Shown piece after piece: positions 1 through 12,260 of a stretch of DNA of 64,000 nucleotides. How positions within the stretch are numbered: the first letter of the stretch is position 1; each line of letters begins with the position of its first letter. The translations under genes and the position numbers were made by a program. Source of the DNA: Adineta vaga (taxonomy: Eukaryota; Animalia; Rotifera); the NCBI GenBank assembly GCA_021613535.1, contig CP075496.1, positions 4,030,001 through 4,094,000 of the forward strand, given 5' to 3'. Under the pieces are notes generated by a model. The model was not told where the DNA came from. It searched no databases and saw only the letters and a list, made by a program, of their open reading frames with translations.

Positions 1-1192
1 CAAGTGCAAAAAAGAATTTTTCTGTTACATATTCATCACAAAGACTATTTTCGAAAGCTAAATAAAATTTATATGTTAAATAAGCATATTGTCGACAATC
101 GGATAGATGTGGACATGTTTGACCACATTTACCATAAATATCAATAGGTACATAGTTTTTTAATTCATTAATATATTTTAAACGATTACTTGATCCACCA
201 CAATTCGAAATAATAGCAACAAGAAGTTTTTTCGGTTGTTTTGTTTTAATGATCGATTGAAAATCATAATTAGGATAAATTTGATAATCAAATAACCAAA
301 ATAAAGTTCGTAATGTTGTTCCAGTTATATCTGAATCAGGTCGATAGGTTTGAGTATAATTAAATAGATGACCATGTTCTTTGGAAGAAATTGTTGGTGA
401 ATGTACAGGTGATTCTTTTATAAAGAAAACAAATCGTTGATGTGGTTGTCGAGATAAATTATTAAGTTTTTTAAAATTAATAGATTCACGAAGATGAATC
501 AATGATGCATCACTTTGTGAAAAATATTGATGATCCGTTGTTATCCGACATGCATTGACAGATAGAGGACAATTATTTAAATTAAAATCATTTGAATAAA
601 CTTCATCATAATTTTTATTATACCAATAATTATTACCGAAAAATTTTGTATAATAAAGAATTAATTTCGTTTGATTTGGCCATGGATGATTAATTGTTTG
701 AATTGGTTGTTTTAATGATTGAAAAATAGAATAGAGAATGGAATTTGTTTGAATCTGTTGATTTAAAGTTTCAATCTGATCAATCCAAAATTGTCTTTTA
801 TTAATCGTTATTTGTGTTTGATTATCGGAGAGAATTGTATAGAAAGGTATTGGTTGATTATATAAAAGTTTCATTGTTAATGGATAAAATATTGCTTGAG
901 AATCATTGGGAATTCGATTGAGAATATCAAATAGATTTTGTTTATCTTTAGACGTTTGATTTGTGAATAAAAATAATACACATTCGGGACATTGCTTGAT
1001 ATATTCTAGGAAAAGATTTTTCGTTGGAGAAAGTTTTTTGATTGTCGACGAAAGGATAAGTTGATGAGTATAGACAGGCATTTTTATTGGTAAAAGCCCA
1101 CGTCCATTTCGATAAACATAATGTGATACAGATAGAAACCCAATGAATGCAAATAAATAAATAATATAAGATAAAAGTCGTTGAGAAATCAT
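1..1192 (-). CDS. Alpha-1,3-fucosyltransferase (GT10), type II membrane protein; 3' end lies outside the window
   Basis: Manual translation from ATG at 1192 (MISQRLLSYIIIYLFAFIGFLSV signal anchor) stays open to the window edge. It contains FIKESPVHS, FNYTQTYRPDSDI and IISNCGGSSNRLKYINEL, plus the GT10 motif YKFYLAFENSLCDEYVTEKF. It is missing from the ORF track because there is no stop in the window. Confidence 0.93.
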   Translation of the reverse strand, partial: MISQRLLSYIIYLFAFIGFLSVSHYVYRNGRGLLPIKMPVYTHQLILSSTIKKLSPTKNLFLEYIKQCPECVLFLFTNQTSKDKQNLFDILNRIPNDSQAIFYPLTMKLLYNQPIPFYTILSDNQTQITINKRQFWIDQIETLNQQIQTNSILYSIFQSLKQPIQTINHPWPNQTKLILYYTKFFGNNYWYNKNYDEVYSNDFNLNNCPLSVNACRITTDHQYFSQSDASLIHLRESINFKKLNNLSRQPHQRFVFFIKESPVHSPTISSKEHGHLFNYTQTYRPDSDITGTTLRTLFWLFDYQIYPNYDFQSIIKTKQPKKLLVAIISNCGGSSNRLKYINELKNYVPIDIYGKCGQTCPHLSDCRQYAYLTYKFYLAFENSLCDEYVTEKFFFAL

Positions 1193-2224
1193 CTAAGAAA
1201 TATAATCAAACTTTTCATTCAATTTATTTCAGCAAGATTTCTTTTATTGACGTGTAAGAAGAAAAAACAATATTTGGCATCTCATTGTAATAAAATGAAT
1301 GTCGACTGGTAAAAAAAAGGTGTCTAAAAACAAATAAAAGAAGAAAGAAAATGTAGATTTTTATTTTTACAAGTAAACCCAGATTGAGAAATTCCATATT
1401 GAATCTGATAGAATATTGTCGGATCATCGGATTGATCGACCTGGGAAGGCCATCAAAAACACATCAGAGCAATAAGAAAAAGGACTGCCAATTAACTCAC
1501 TACTTTACGTTTTTGTACACAATATATTTTTGATTTTAGAGTAACTGTTATATATGAGCTAATTGCAAGTTTATTGTAACGTCGTATTTTTGAACATAAA
1601 ACTTTAATATCCCGAGTTCTGCTCAGCTAATCCTCCTGATTTTTTTACCGCATATTCTATTTAAGAACTCCTCACTACCATAAAAAAGCCACATAATTAT
1701 CTTGAATCAGTCCTGAGTTATTGGTCATACAAGGCTCAAATGAGCAGAGCATTACTCTAGTGCTTTTTGATTTTTCTTTTTTTCTTACTTTCTTCTTTCT
1801 CTCGATGTAGAAATCATTTTAACGAATGCTAATCGCATTGCATTCCATAGTCGAGTAAAGCTCGAATACCGTCTAGTTTATTACTTGTCATTTAAATTTT
1901 GACTATTAGTGATATTTGCAATACACATTCTATACTTTTCGGATATACAACTCATTAGTTCTTTCGACGTCTGTTTTATTTTACTTTTCTGGAAATAACA
2001 TGTGTACAGACAAACCTCAATTTTCTGTCACCCAAGATTAAAATCCCTTTTCCAGGCAATTGTCCGTCTGACATGTCAAATGAAAATTTTAGAAATCAAG
2101 GATTTTTGAAAAAGAATCAGGAGATTTTCTTTAGATATTCAAGATGGTTTACATAGCTTTTAAGATATAAATTACGGTCATCTAAAGACTCGCTCAAGTT
2201 TTTCCTAATAGAATCCATGTCCTA

Positions 2225-2440
2225 CACTGTAAAAAAAAGCGGAGAATTACTAACGGTAAAATCGTTTTTGATGTCCTAATCAACGAAAAGGAACAGTTTA
2301 TGAATTTGTAACATATGACAAATCCGTTTATAGCCGTATCTGACGAGACCATAAATCTTTTTTTCGTTTCTGCGGCATTTCATAAATGAGAAAAAAGGGT
2401 TTATTATACGTTGTAAATTCGTAAATCTTTTCTTCCAGTG
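2225..2440. mobile_element. Short CACTG...CAGTG MITE (EnSpm/CACTA-like), TA duplication
   Basis: ta|CACTGTAAAAAAAAG ... CTTTTCTTCCAGTG|ta; imperfect TIR. Confidence 0.5.
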
Positions 2441-4226
2441 TACACGGTTACTGAGCTTTTCATTTATCCAGTTTCCAAAAAAATTGACCTCATATTCGAG
2501 CTCCACTACTCCAACTATTCGTTGGTGATTCCTTACCAAACATTGTTGTTTTTTTGTCCCAAACAATAGGACCCATTTCATTAAACTATTGTCAGATTCA
2601 GATTTCCTATCCTTGATTCTCTTCTAGTCAAGTGTTAGGTTAAACGGTCTCATTTGTTTTAATATATCTTTCGATCAATCAGTGAAATGTGACTATAGAC
2701 AAAGAAGTAAATAATTTATTCTTGCAACGCTCTTTACTATGAAAATCAGAATAATATTTAACTTTCAGCTCATTTTATGTCTATAAGTTTACAGACCTGT
2801 CACTCTTCCATTACAAAATAATCATAAAAGAATTTCAAATAACTAAAGAAAACTGAAAGATGTGATCATTGCACAAAATTTATTTCTATATTTATTTTAT
2901 GGATAATTATTAGCCAATGAATATTAACTTCTCGATTAATATAAAACAAAATATAAAGCAGAAAGTATGTAATTAAGTAATTACTATTAGATTTGTGGCT
3001 TTTTTGCAACGAGGCTATATTTCTGTGACGATCGGATTTCTCTGAGTATACTCGATTTAGTAAAAACATAAACATAAAATTCTGTAGATAGCAAATGAGT
3101 GTTCATTTAGTTTGGAATTCTTTTTCTGCTAAATCGTGTTTCGTCTTGTTTCTGCTATTGTTCTCAAAAAAATAATCAGGTGGCTGAAAGCTGGTTTACA
3201 AAAAGCGTTCGGTACAGAAATAGTTAATAAAAATCTATTGATTTCTGATTATTTTCTCGTTTTCTCCACGAAATTTCTATAAACGAGAAGATGTCAGTAA
3301 ATCTCTATCAAGAAAAAGAAAAATCAGAAGGTTTGGCAGCCCTGTATATGAAACACTCAAGCAGACAAGAATTGCCAAAAATGCGTGAGAACGGTACGAA
3401 ATTTTTCGCCGTGGTTCTATGTCAATCACGATCCCCCATTGTCAATTAGAAACGTCATACATAGAACTTCATAGAAACGTAAAAACATTGTCACCGCGCC
3501 ATGTGTGTCTATCAATCGGGGACCGCGTTTATTATCGAGACACGAAAAATAAACAACACCGTGTAAACTGTGACTTTGTATAGAAATGAATCTATCCACA
3601 TTCATAATAAGTGATGATTTTCGGAATATTTCATCGGTTTCCGTCTGAAAAAGAAATCAATGAGCTATCTCACCAAATAAATGCTATTGAAAATTGAATT
3701 CAATGTAAACGAAAGAAACAGATTTTATTAAATGAGTTTCATTTTGAAAAAAAACAATGCACTAACTTACCAAGTAGATACCACTAATCGTTGAACTCAA
3801 ATAAGAGAGATGAACGTATTTGGTTGTATGTGAACCGAGAAATGCAGTAGAATACACTTGCGTAGCGAAGTGGCACACTGAAAAAAGTTTTTTTTATAAA
3901 ACCAAAGCAGGATATCTGTCGGCATGCACAAGCGCCAAACTACATTTCGTTTGCAAGAAGAAGGTTTTGTTTGAAACTATTTCTTGATCAATGGGAAAAA
4001 AGCTTTTGATATAAGGTTTCGCACATATGGTCCATTACCGAAGTAAAAAAAAGATAAAAAAGTTTTCATGTAAAAGATTCAGCATCAAAATTTTTCAAGG
4101 AGGATATCAAAAGATTTCGCACAAATGATTACGTACATACTGTAGCTCCTTTTGGCAATGTCTAATCGAGGAGAGTTTTGTAGGTGACAAATTCTTTTCA
4201 AGTTTGGTCTCTATATATCAGAAAGA

Positions 4227-4670
4227 CTAGGATAAGATTAGAGAAGATTGCACTACTTTATTGGATTAGTTCTTCTTTTGAATGTTACCTTTATATTATT
4301 AGGATTGCGGTCGAATATTAGCAAGACTCTCCATGTAACTGTCAAATATGTTTATGAAAAACTACAAGGATGCAAGTACTAATACATTTTGCTTCGGCTT
4401 CTCTAATGCTTTCACTTTTTATCTATGACGTTATAAAATAAAAGTAAAGTGGAAAGATTAAACATTCCAAAGAAAAACTTATGAGGACTTGTACTGTTGT
4501 AGTTTTTCATAAACATATTTGTCATTCATGAATAAAATTTAAAATCAATTTGATAGTTACATGGAAATTTTGGTTAGTATTCGATTACAATTATACGAAC
4601 ATAAAGGTAACATTCGAAAGAAGAACTGATAAGATGCACTGCTGTAGTCTTATCTTATCTTATCTTACTG
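4227..4670. repeat. Degenerate long foldback (old MITE)
   Basis: The left arm AGTTCTTCTTTTGAATGTTACCTTTAT...CCATGTAACTGTCAAATATGTTTATGAAAAACTACAA pairs with the right arm TTGTAGTTTTTCATAAACATATTTG...TTTGATAGTTACATGG...ATAAAGGTAACATTCGAAAGAAGAACT. Confidence 0.7.
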
Positions 4671-4677
4671 AAATCTA

Positions 4678-4938
4678 CAGTGTTGGGCAAAATTATAAGA
4701 ACAGATTTTTTTCAAATTGTTTGCGTGTTCTCTTCTCCTCTTTGCCTGTTTAGATTGATTTATAGATCAGTATATATACATTCAAGTATGCTCTATTAAA
4801 ACATCCCAGTGATATTTGAATAGAGCATACTTGAATGTATATATACTGATCTATAAATCAATCTAAGCAGGGAAAGAGGAGGCGAGAACACGCAAACAAT
4901 TTGAAAAAAATCTGTTCTTATAATTTTGGTCACCACTG
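4678..4938. mobile_element. Tc1/mariner-derived palindromic MITE, TA TSD
   Basis: ta|CAGTGTTGGGCAAAATTATAAGAACAG ... CTGTTCTTATAATTTTGGTCACCACTG|ta. The whole 261 bp is a near-perfect foldback with ~128-bp arms. Confidence 0.9.
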
Positions 4939-5551
4939 TATAATTCTCACATAAACTCATTTTCATAACTAGCTACATCACAGCTAATACTAGGATTTGG
5001 AATTATCAACGTAGGGATGATCCTCATAACTAGATATTAGCTGAATAAGAATGACTCATTCACTACTGATGAACTACCAGATATTGGTTCTCATTAGTGA
5101 TATTCGGTGGTTCAGAAAGTAATCTTACTCGCAGCCTAATCAATAGAGTCTGTCTTGGTGAAAAGTCATAGTCGATGTCTTTCTCACGCTTTTGTCATGT
5201 TGATATGAGTTGCTTTGATTAATAATCATCGACGGTTATAAGAAGAATTCTAATGGACACCAGTCACCGTTATAGATAGAATGAGAGTGAATAAAATTAC
5301 TGTAAGCACTGACAAAATAATGTATATCGTATCATACAATAGGGTACGACTTCATACTTATTACATAAGATCTTCAAAAATTGTTGAGTTTCATACTAGT
5401 TCCGTTGAGATTGTATGAAACTACAAATAGTTTGGTAGGTAAAATACAAACCCATCGGTATAGTCTCGTCATGCGCATAAGAATCTCGTATGTATTTTAC
5501 GAATCTGTTTATGGTTCTGCAATACATCTATAAGTTTAGCATATTCATTGC

Positions 5552-5900
5552 CAAACCAATAATAGTTTCGTTGACTTACAAAAGTTTCATACATCTGACA
5601 CCAAACCATAAACGGATCTGTAAAGTATCTAAAAATTGTCTATGTGTGATACGAAACCTTGACAAGTATCGTGAATTATGTTAAGGTTTGGTATATTTTG
5701 TAAGAAACCATCAGTAGTTCTGCAACTTATGCAGATTGGATCGATATAAACTCCTAAACTATAAATAGTTTCGAGAGACATCTGAAGGTATCGTTCATTG
5801 AATACAAAACTCCTATTAGTTTCGTAAATTTAGAAAAAATTCAGCACTCGTTTTGTGAAACTACTGTTAGTTTGATTGATCATGTAAATGTTTCGTAAAC
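5552..5900. repeat. Degenerate ~51-bp-period array with an AAACY-N6-AGTTT-like core
   Basis: Cores start at 5552, 5602, 5653, 5704, 5755, 5806 and 5857; a further copy lies at 5417. Confidence 0.6.
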
Positions 5901-8310
5901 TGAGGATGAGAGTAAAGAAAGAAAACACCTTCAGGTATACCCTCACTCATCCTCAACAATATGTTTTATAATTAAGCGTTTAAACTGCTAAAACTTTCGG
6001 ACATTGTGCGTGTAATAGGATAAAAATAATCGTGATATAATTTCATATCTGTTAAAACGCTGCAAAATATCGAGTGAAAATGACAATAAAAATTCTCATA
6101 AGGAATATCTGTTGTTGAATCGATTATCATAGTTATCACAGCAAAGTTTTTCAGATAATAAAATGAAGAAATATGTTCTGCGTGTAAACGCTTCAAAATT
6201 GTAACTAGTTGATGAATCCACGTCAATTATTAAATATAGTCTGTTTTTAAACAGAAATGTGACGTGAAAATACCTGATGATGACAAATTTCTACTTAAAA
6301 CACGCAAATTGGAAAAAACTCAACGTGTACTCAGCTTAAAAATGAGTTCTATATGTGTTTGTGCAGTAAAAAATGATGGAGACTACAATTTTTTGCATGT
6401 GTTCGCCAAAAAACTTAAACTATTGGTGTTTACAAGATCCTTTCTCTCTACACGCGTGTAATCACTGAAAAATCGCTCCTTTTGAGTGTTAACACGCGTT
6501 TTTGGCAATTCTTGTCATGCGTGATAAATAAGAAAAATATCGGTAATATGTCTAGCGAGATTTTTAAAAGGCAAGTGTCACGCGATATTATTGAGCGTAT
6601 TAAGTGCTTTAATCAAGGATAAACAAAGATCGTTGCACTTGAGACATATATGTATGATCATAATTTATGAAAATTTTTAATGTATTTGATAAAATCTCAT
6701 ATGTCGAGGCTTGACATAGATACATAGAACAACAGTGTTTTAACGTATTTTGTCTGGATTTTGTGTATCTAAGGCAAACTCGTAGGGGTAGTTGGGAAAT
6801 TTCAATCATACACTACTCTCACATGGTACTATTCGTTGCACTACTCATCGTCTTAAGAATCGAAAATGTTCTTTTTCGCCGATTTTTCTCTCAAAGGGTA
6901 CAATAAACTTGCAATTAGCTCATATATATCAACATAGATAATATAAAAACGTAATGTTAATTCGATGCATGCGAATAAGTATTGGTACTAATGATTAAGA
7001 ATAAACTAATTGTGAGGGGAAATAACCGATTGGATTAGAAGTTGCAAATTTATTTCTCTAGCATTATTAATAGGGGTGTTACTTTATCTTTATTCTACTT
7101 TATAATAAAGAATAAAAATAAAGATTATCCTTACGACAGTTTCGTTCCACAAATGAGATATTTTTCTGATAAAATAATATTTCATTTCGCATGACATCAT
7201 GAAAATAATTTTAGTTTTGTATGTCATAATGCTGTCTTTCTGTTGACAGAAAGATCATTTACAATGAACGTGCTTCTTTTTCAGTGGAATATGATTTGTT
7301 ACACGTGAAACTAATGAGAATCATAAAGAAGCTCCTATTGAAAGTGACATGTTTGTCTTAAATAGAACGATGTCCTTAGCAATTCATTTTAATCTTTACA
7401 ACGCTCTCTTACTCTTATAACACATCAAACTTACATACGAATATTAACCGAAAATAAAAATCTATCGATATAAAATGTATAACCTTTTGATTGTAAGCAC
7501 GACTGATTATTGACGTAAATGAATCGATATACGTTTCTGTCCTTTACTAGGTATCAAAAAATGTAATTTGTTTTACTGCTAAGTATGCTATTGAATTACA
7601 ACCGTATATGTAGCAGCTGTGTGGAATGTATAAAATCGTTTTAAATTTCAGTAGCATCTGATTATAATTTTACCAAAGTATCATTTTTTTTCCATACTTT
7701 TTACGAAAAAAAAATCATTGAGTATTATTTTACCAATCTATCTCAGATATTCGAATTTTGTATTAAGATAAAAACTTCGAAAAACTGTATCAAGTAACAA
7801 CGTATTTGAATTCAGATTCTATAGAAATATATACTTGAAGTTGTGAAAATTTATGAAAAATCGAATTCATAATGTTCTTAGAACCGACAAATTAACCACG
7901 TAAGACTGCATTTTTATTACTTTTTTTCATCAAGTTACTATCAGCTGATTTACTAAAGCGATACTTGCCTATGGTGTAATATAATAGTTCTATTTCTTTT
8001 TTTTTCAATTGAACTCACCTTATGTCTGCTTATACAATAGAAAAATGATCTACAACAATTGCTTATTTGTATGTTGAATCATTAGAGTAGTATGGCAACC
8101 ATACGATCAGGTGAATACTGAATTTGATATATATGAAGAGAATTAATGTTCAATTTTAAGAAACATATGCTATAGATCAAACATTATGAAAACAATTTGT
8201 TGATGCAGATATTCTTTAAAATATTTTATAAGCAATGAACAGCAATTTTAAAGTATCTACTGAGCATATTGTTCCATCTGGGTGTAGAGTTTCTTCTAGA
8301 GTTCTTTTTT

Positions 8311-8560
8311 GTGTACTCAAAAAGTGAGTACACTACTAAAATCGGTCAGTATGTCCGGCCGTTTATCCGATAACTCTCGAAAACTATATGCATGCGAACC
8401 CAAAATTTTTTCGGTAATATTGTCTCATTGATATCTCGGTCGAGTTCGAAGATGAGCAGGATCGGTGGAGAAATGGCCAAGTTATTTTAAAAATTGTGAA
8501 AAATCACCAGGCCATCCCTGAGGAGGGGTACAGGGTTTTTTGAAAAAAAATTTTTTTTTA
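8311..8560 (+). mobile_element. DINE-1/HINE-like non-autonomous Helentron, copy 1
   Basis: Follows a T-run. 5' hairpin GTGTACTCA-AAAAG-TGAGTACAC, then TGTCCG, GATAACTC and TCGAGTTCGAAGATGAG blocks shared with three other copies. 3' end not defined. Confidence 0.6.
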
Positions 8561-8783
8561 AACATTTGAGATATATGTGAATCGATGCAACTTTTAACGC
8601 TGATTTCGAATCTGATATTTCCTCAGACGAAAAGAGGGTCATATGAGAAAAAATTATTTGTGTTTGTCTGTTTGTCTCATAGTCAAAGGTCAAAAAAACA
8701 TTTTTTTTGGAAATGCTTAAAACTTCATAAAACATCGTTTGGAGAGAGTTTTGAAGCTGGATGTTGATTGGGTGGGGGTATAT

Positions 8784-9320
8784 GTGTACTCAAAAAGTGA
8801 CTACGCCACTAGAATCGGTCTGTATGTCCGTCCATTCGTTCGTTACTCCGATAACTCATGAAAAATACAAGCAACGGAGTGATTCTTTTTTGTACATTAT
8901 CGTGTCATCAATATTTCGATCGAGTTCGAAGATGAGACCGATCGGTAGAGAAGTGGCTGAGATGTCGTAAAAGTGATAAAATCTGAACCAACGAGCCCTG
9001 AGGGGGGGGAGTACAGGGATTTTCCAGAAAACTTTTTTTCTGCCACATAGATTGCTATAGACGGTTTCATGAGAGCAGCCACGTCTAGAAAAACTGTCCC
9101 ATACTATGAGGGTACCCTTGGATCCTCGCATCCTATACTGTGAGGGTACCTTTGGAACCTTAAGTCCTATATAGTAGGGGTACCCTTAGATCCTCAAGTC
9201 CTATACTATGAAGGTATCCATAGGTTCTCATGTCCTATATAGTAGAGGTCCCCTTGGGTAATCTTTGGTGCTCACGTCCTATACTATGTGGGTACCCTTG
9301 GGTCCTCATGTCCTATATTA
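8784..9320 (+). mobile_element. DINE-1/HINE-like element, copy 2, followed by a 34-bp tandem repeat
   Basis: GTGTACTCAAAAAGTGACTAC...TGTCCGTCC...TCGAGTTCGAAGATGAGACCGATCGG, homologous to the copies at 8311 and 11070. Confidence 0.6.
9096..9320. repeat. 34-bp minisatellite, ~6.5 units
   Basis: Consensus approximately GTCCTATACTATGAGGGTACCCTTGGATCCTCAT, with an internal AGGGTACCCT palindrome. Confidence 0.9.
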
Positions 9321-9979
9321 TAGACCTGATCAAGTAAATGATTATAACAAAAGAGTTGGATGATAAGATAGACGCAATAAATAATTACGGCAACGCCGAC
9401 ATTAAATCGTAATGTTATTTTGAGTTTAAATAATGAAACTGATAATGTATCATTTTTCATTAAATCGTCGGAAGAATTCATCCTTGAGCGCACTAGGGAG
9501 CTGCCCCCTAGGCCCTGCGGATGCCCTCTTTTTGTCCCTTAGGACGTGGCGAGGAGTTAGTTCCACCGAGGTAATTACTTGCATCAAAGGAAAATTTGTT
9601 TTCACCAGTTTTCTATATCTGTAATGAAAATATTTCTGTGTTATAAACTCATGTTTATTATGTCAAAATGCGGTACAAGCTGAGGAGGATTATCTTGAAA
9701 AGGTAAAAGAGCATCATAATGTGTACCGGTGTAATAAACACAAAGTCCTATTTTATTTGTTTTAAGAGACACAAATTAAAATGAAAAAATGTTGTCTATA
9801 CTTTTCATTCTTGTCGCTGTTGAATTAGGTCCTATCTTCACGGAAAATTTTTTGGATGTCTTTTCTATTGGACTACATATAATTAATCTAGTGTTTATTG
9901 AATGTTCAAACGGAGCTTTTTCGAAAATTCAATTGAGATGAAATTCAGAGAAGTTATCTTGTATTTACTTTTATGTTAA

Positions 9980-10929
9980 CCCTTGACGACCGGATGGTAC
10001 CTAACGGTAGCGCCAGAAAGCTATTTCACCCAGACTTCATGCAAGGTAGAACAAAATATCAATCTGTTGTCGTGACAATGAAAGACAATTATTGTGCAGT
10101 GTATTGATCTTCCATTGAAACTCCTTATTTATTGCCTGACGCATCAATATAATCATAACTATCATTTTTCTGAACAAAACTTAACTTCTGTGTGAAGGCT
10201 CCCTATTATGAAACTTTTCTGGATGGATTATCAATACGTCTCACTACTAACGATAGCCCTGCAATAATATACAATTCAAAAGAACGAGAATGTTACCTTT
10301 CAGTTACACCCGAGTGTAGGAGATCAAAAAAACTGGAAAAATCAATTTGCTTTCCAAGCTTGAGGTTCAGTATTTTAGTATTAGTTTGAGTCCGGATCCT
10401 AAGAGGAAGTCCTATTTTGACAGTTACGAGCCAGTCTTTTTGAGACTTCAAAATCAAGTTTGAACGAACTGCAATACACTACAGATTGCCTAAGTGGTAA
10501 GAAAAATTATTTTAAGTATAGCGAATGAAAGAGAAGGCATTTCTTTATAAAATAGTACATTACTGGTTGGTTTTCTGCAAACTATCTCTCAATAACGATT
10601 ATTTTACCAAGCGACGCGTTTCAATTTTTAGCAATTTTCTCGATTTGTATGGAAAATAGATTTAGAAAGTCAGCTTGATCACTTCTGAATGATTATTCTG
10701 AAACTCTTAGTTCTTATTTCATTCTGTAAAGACAAATCTCATCTTTAATTCTATGTAAAAAAACAATGATATAACGTACACTGTCAGACAACTATTACTG
10801 CAGAAACCGCCATTTTTCTTCGTTTAAGCTGGATTTTAAATCCTCTAAAAGATTGGCTCACAGCTGTTCAACCAAAAGTATCATGGAAGTTTTGAGCTCA
10901 TATGTTTTTTGGTAGCCGATCGTAAAGGG
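9980..10929. mobile_element. piggyBac-type non-autonomous element
   Basis: ttaa|CCCTTGACGACCGG ... CCGATCGTAAAGGG|ttat; 14-bp TIR with 2 mismatches and a TTAA/TTAT target. Confidence 0.65.
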
Positions 10930-11069
10930 TTATAAGATTGATGTCTTTTATCCTCAACTTTTCTCACTTTTATAGAACAAGTTATCAGATTTCTGATGAT
11001 AAGTGTTGAGTTAAACCGCAAGTTTCTATTCATCTATAACTAATTTTTTCTTACTGAACAACTGTTTTT

Positions 11070-11330
11070 GTGTACTCAAAAAGTGAGTACACTACTAAAA
11101 TCGGTCTGTATGTCCGGCCGTTTATCCGATAACTTTCGAAAGGAGAGTCCGATTGAGCTGAAATTTTCTACACAGTTTAGACTCAGTAATATCTCAGTCG
11201 AGTTCGAAGATGAGACCGATCGGTCAAGAATTGCTTGAGTTCTCGTAAAAATACTGAAAACTGGCCAGACCATCACTGAGGAGGAGTACGGGGATTTGTT
11301 GCAAAAATTTTTTTCCGTCATTTTCACAGG
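11070..11330 (+). mobile_element. DINE-1/HINE-like element, copy 3
   Basis: The first ~70 bp are almost identical to the copy at 8311, and it also follows a T-run. Confidence 0.6.
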
Positions 11331-11408
11331 ATATATCGGTCTGTTGGACTTCATGTGCATTACCTTTGTGTCCTCAAGTCCTGAGAGTGAATGTGGGTGA
11401 TATAAGTG

Positions 11409-11775
11409 ATCTGGGTGAAATTTCACCCAGATGGTTTTATGATGGGTAAAATCTCCCAACTTTATATGGTGGTTTCCTAGGCACGATATAATGTCGAGAA
11501 CATGTTGGAACCTGAGTTGAAACTATAGATAGGGGTTATTTGAGGGACCTGGGTGAAATTTTACCCAAGTGGTTCCGTGATAGATAACAGCGTCAAACTT
11601 TCCATGGTGCTTTCCTAGGTCTAGAAAAAGATCAACAGAATGTTGGTATACAAGTACGGGGGTAGGGAGGGATGACCTGGGTGAAATCTCACCCAGGTGG
11701 TTTTGTGATAGATAATGTCATCGAACTTTCTACGGTGCTTTCCTAGGTCTAGAAAAAGGTCAAGAGAGTGTTGGC
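11409..11775. repeat. Three tandem ~130-bp units, each starting with a 24-bp palindrome; a fourth copy at 12811-12910
   Basis: A(T/C)CTGGGTGAAATTTCACCCAG(A/G)T at 11409, 11547 and 11675, followed by GTGATAGATAA...GGTGCTTTCCTAGGTCTAGAAAA...GTGTTGG. Confidence 0.85.
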
Positions 11776-12054
11776 AGACGAGCAGGGGGTAACAGGGGTG
11801 CAGAATATGGTCGTGTGCGCCGACGCGTGTTGGGGAAAAGTTTAGGCGTTGAAATATTTTTAAATGTAATATTAGCAGCAATATTTTTTCTGTAGATAAG
11901 AAAATAAGTTTTGTATGTAGATTATCTAATTTGTTTACTCATATAGAATTATATAACTGTTTGTCTTTTTGTTTCTTATGACAATTAATATGTTCTAGCA
12001 TAAGCATACATAAACTCTGTGTTTTAATTTGTTTTATTTTTTTCTATCATTTAA

Positions 12055-12260
12055 CCCTTCGTCGTTGTCGTGGGGTCCAAGCGGACCCACCACTTGTCTA
12101 TATCTTCTGACAAGACTGCAGTTGACGTTTTGGTTTGCTATTTTTGAATAGTGCATACTAACCCCAGCCCATATAGAAAGATTGGATTTCCTCTCTGCTG
12201 TGCCCAAGTATAATTATAAGACTACAACTGAAGGCTCAAAATGAGGACAGCTACGAAGGG
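12055..12260. mobile_element. piggyBac-type MITE, TTAA TSD
   Basis: ttaa|CCCTTCGTCGTTGTC ... GACAGCTACGAAGGG|ttaa. Confidence 0.85.

Larger units (their letters stand above)
3358..6523. mobile_element. Nested TIR element (CMC-type CAC...GTG end) inside the Sola-like element
   Basis: GACAAGAATTGCCAAAAATGCGTG at ~3364-3387 versus CACGCGTTTTTGGCAATTCTTGTC at ~6493-6516: a 24-bp inverted repeat with 1 mismatch. Exact ends and TSD are unclear. Confidence 0.55.
1556..6921. mobile_element. Non-autonomous TIR DNA transposon, Sola-like (GAG...CTC termini, ATAT TSD), carrying nested insertions
   Basis: Perfect 23-bp TIR GAGCTAATTGCAAGTTTATTGTA at 1556-1578 with its reverse complement at 6899-6921. 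ATAT flanks both sides. No transposase ORF. Superfamily inferred from termini and TSD only. Confidence 0.75.
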
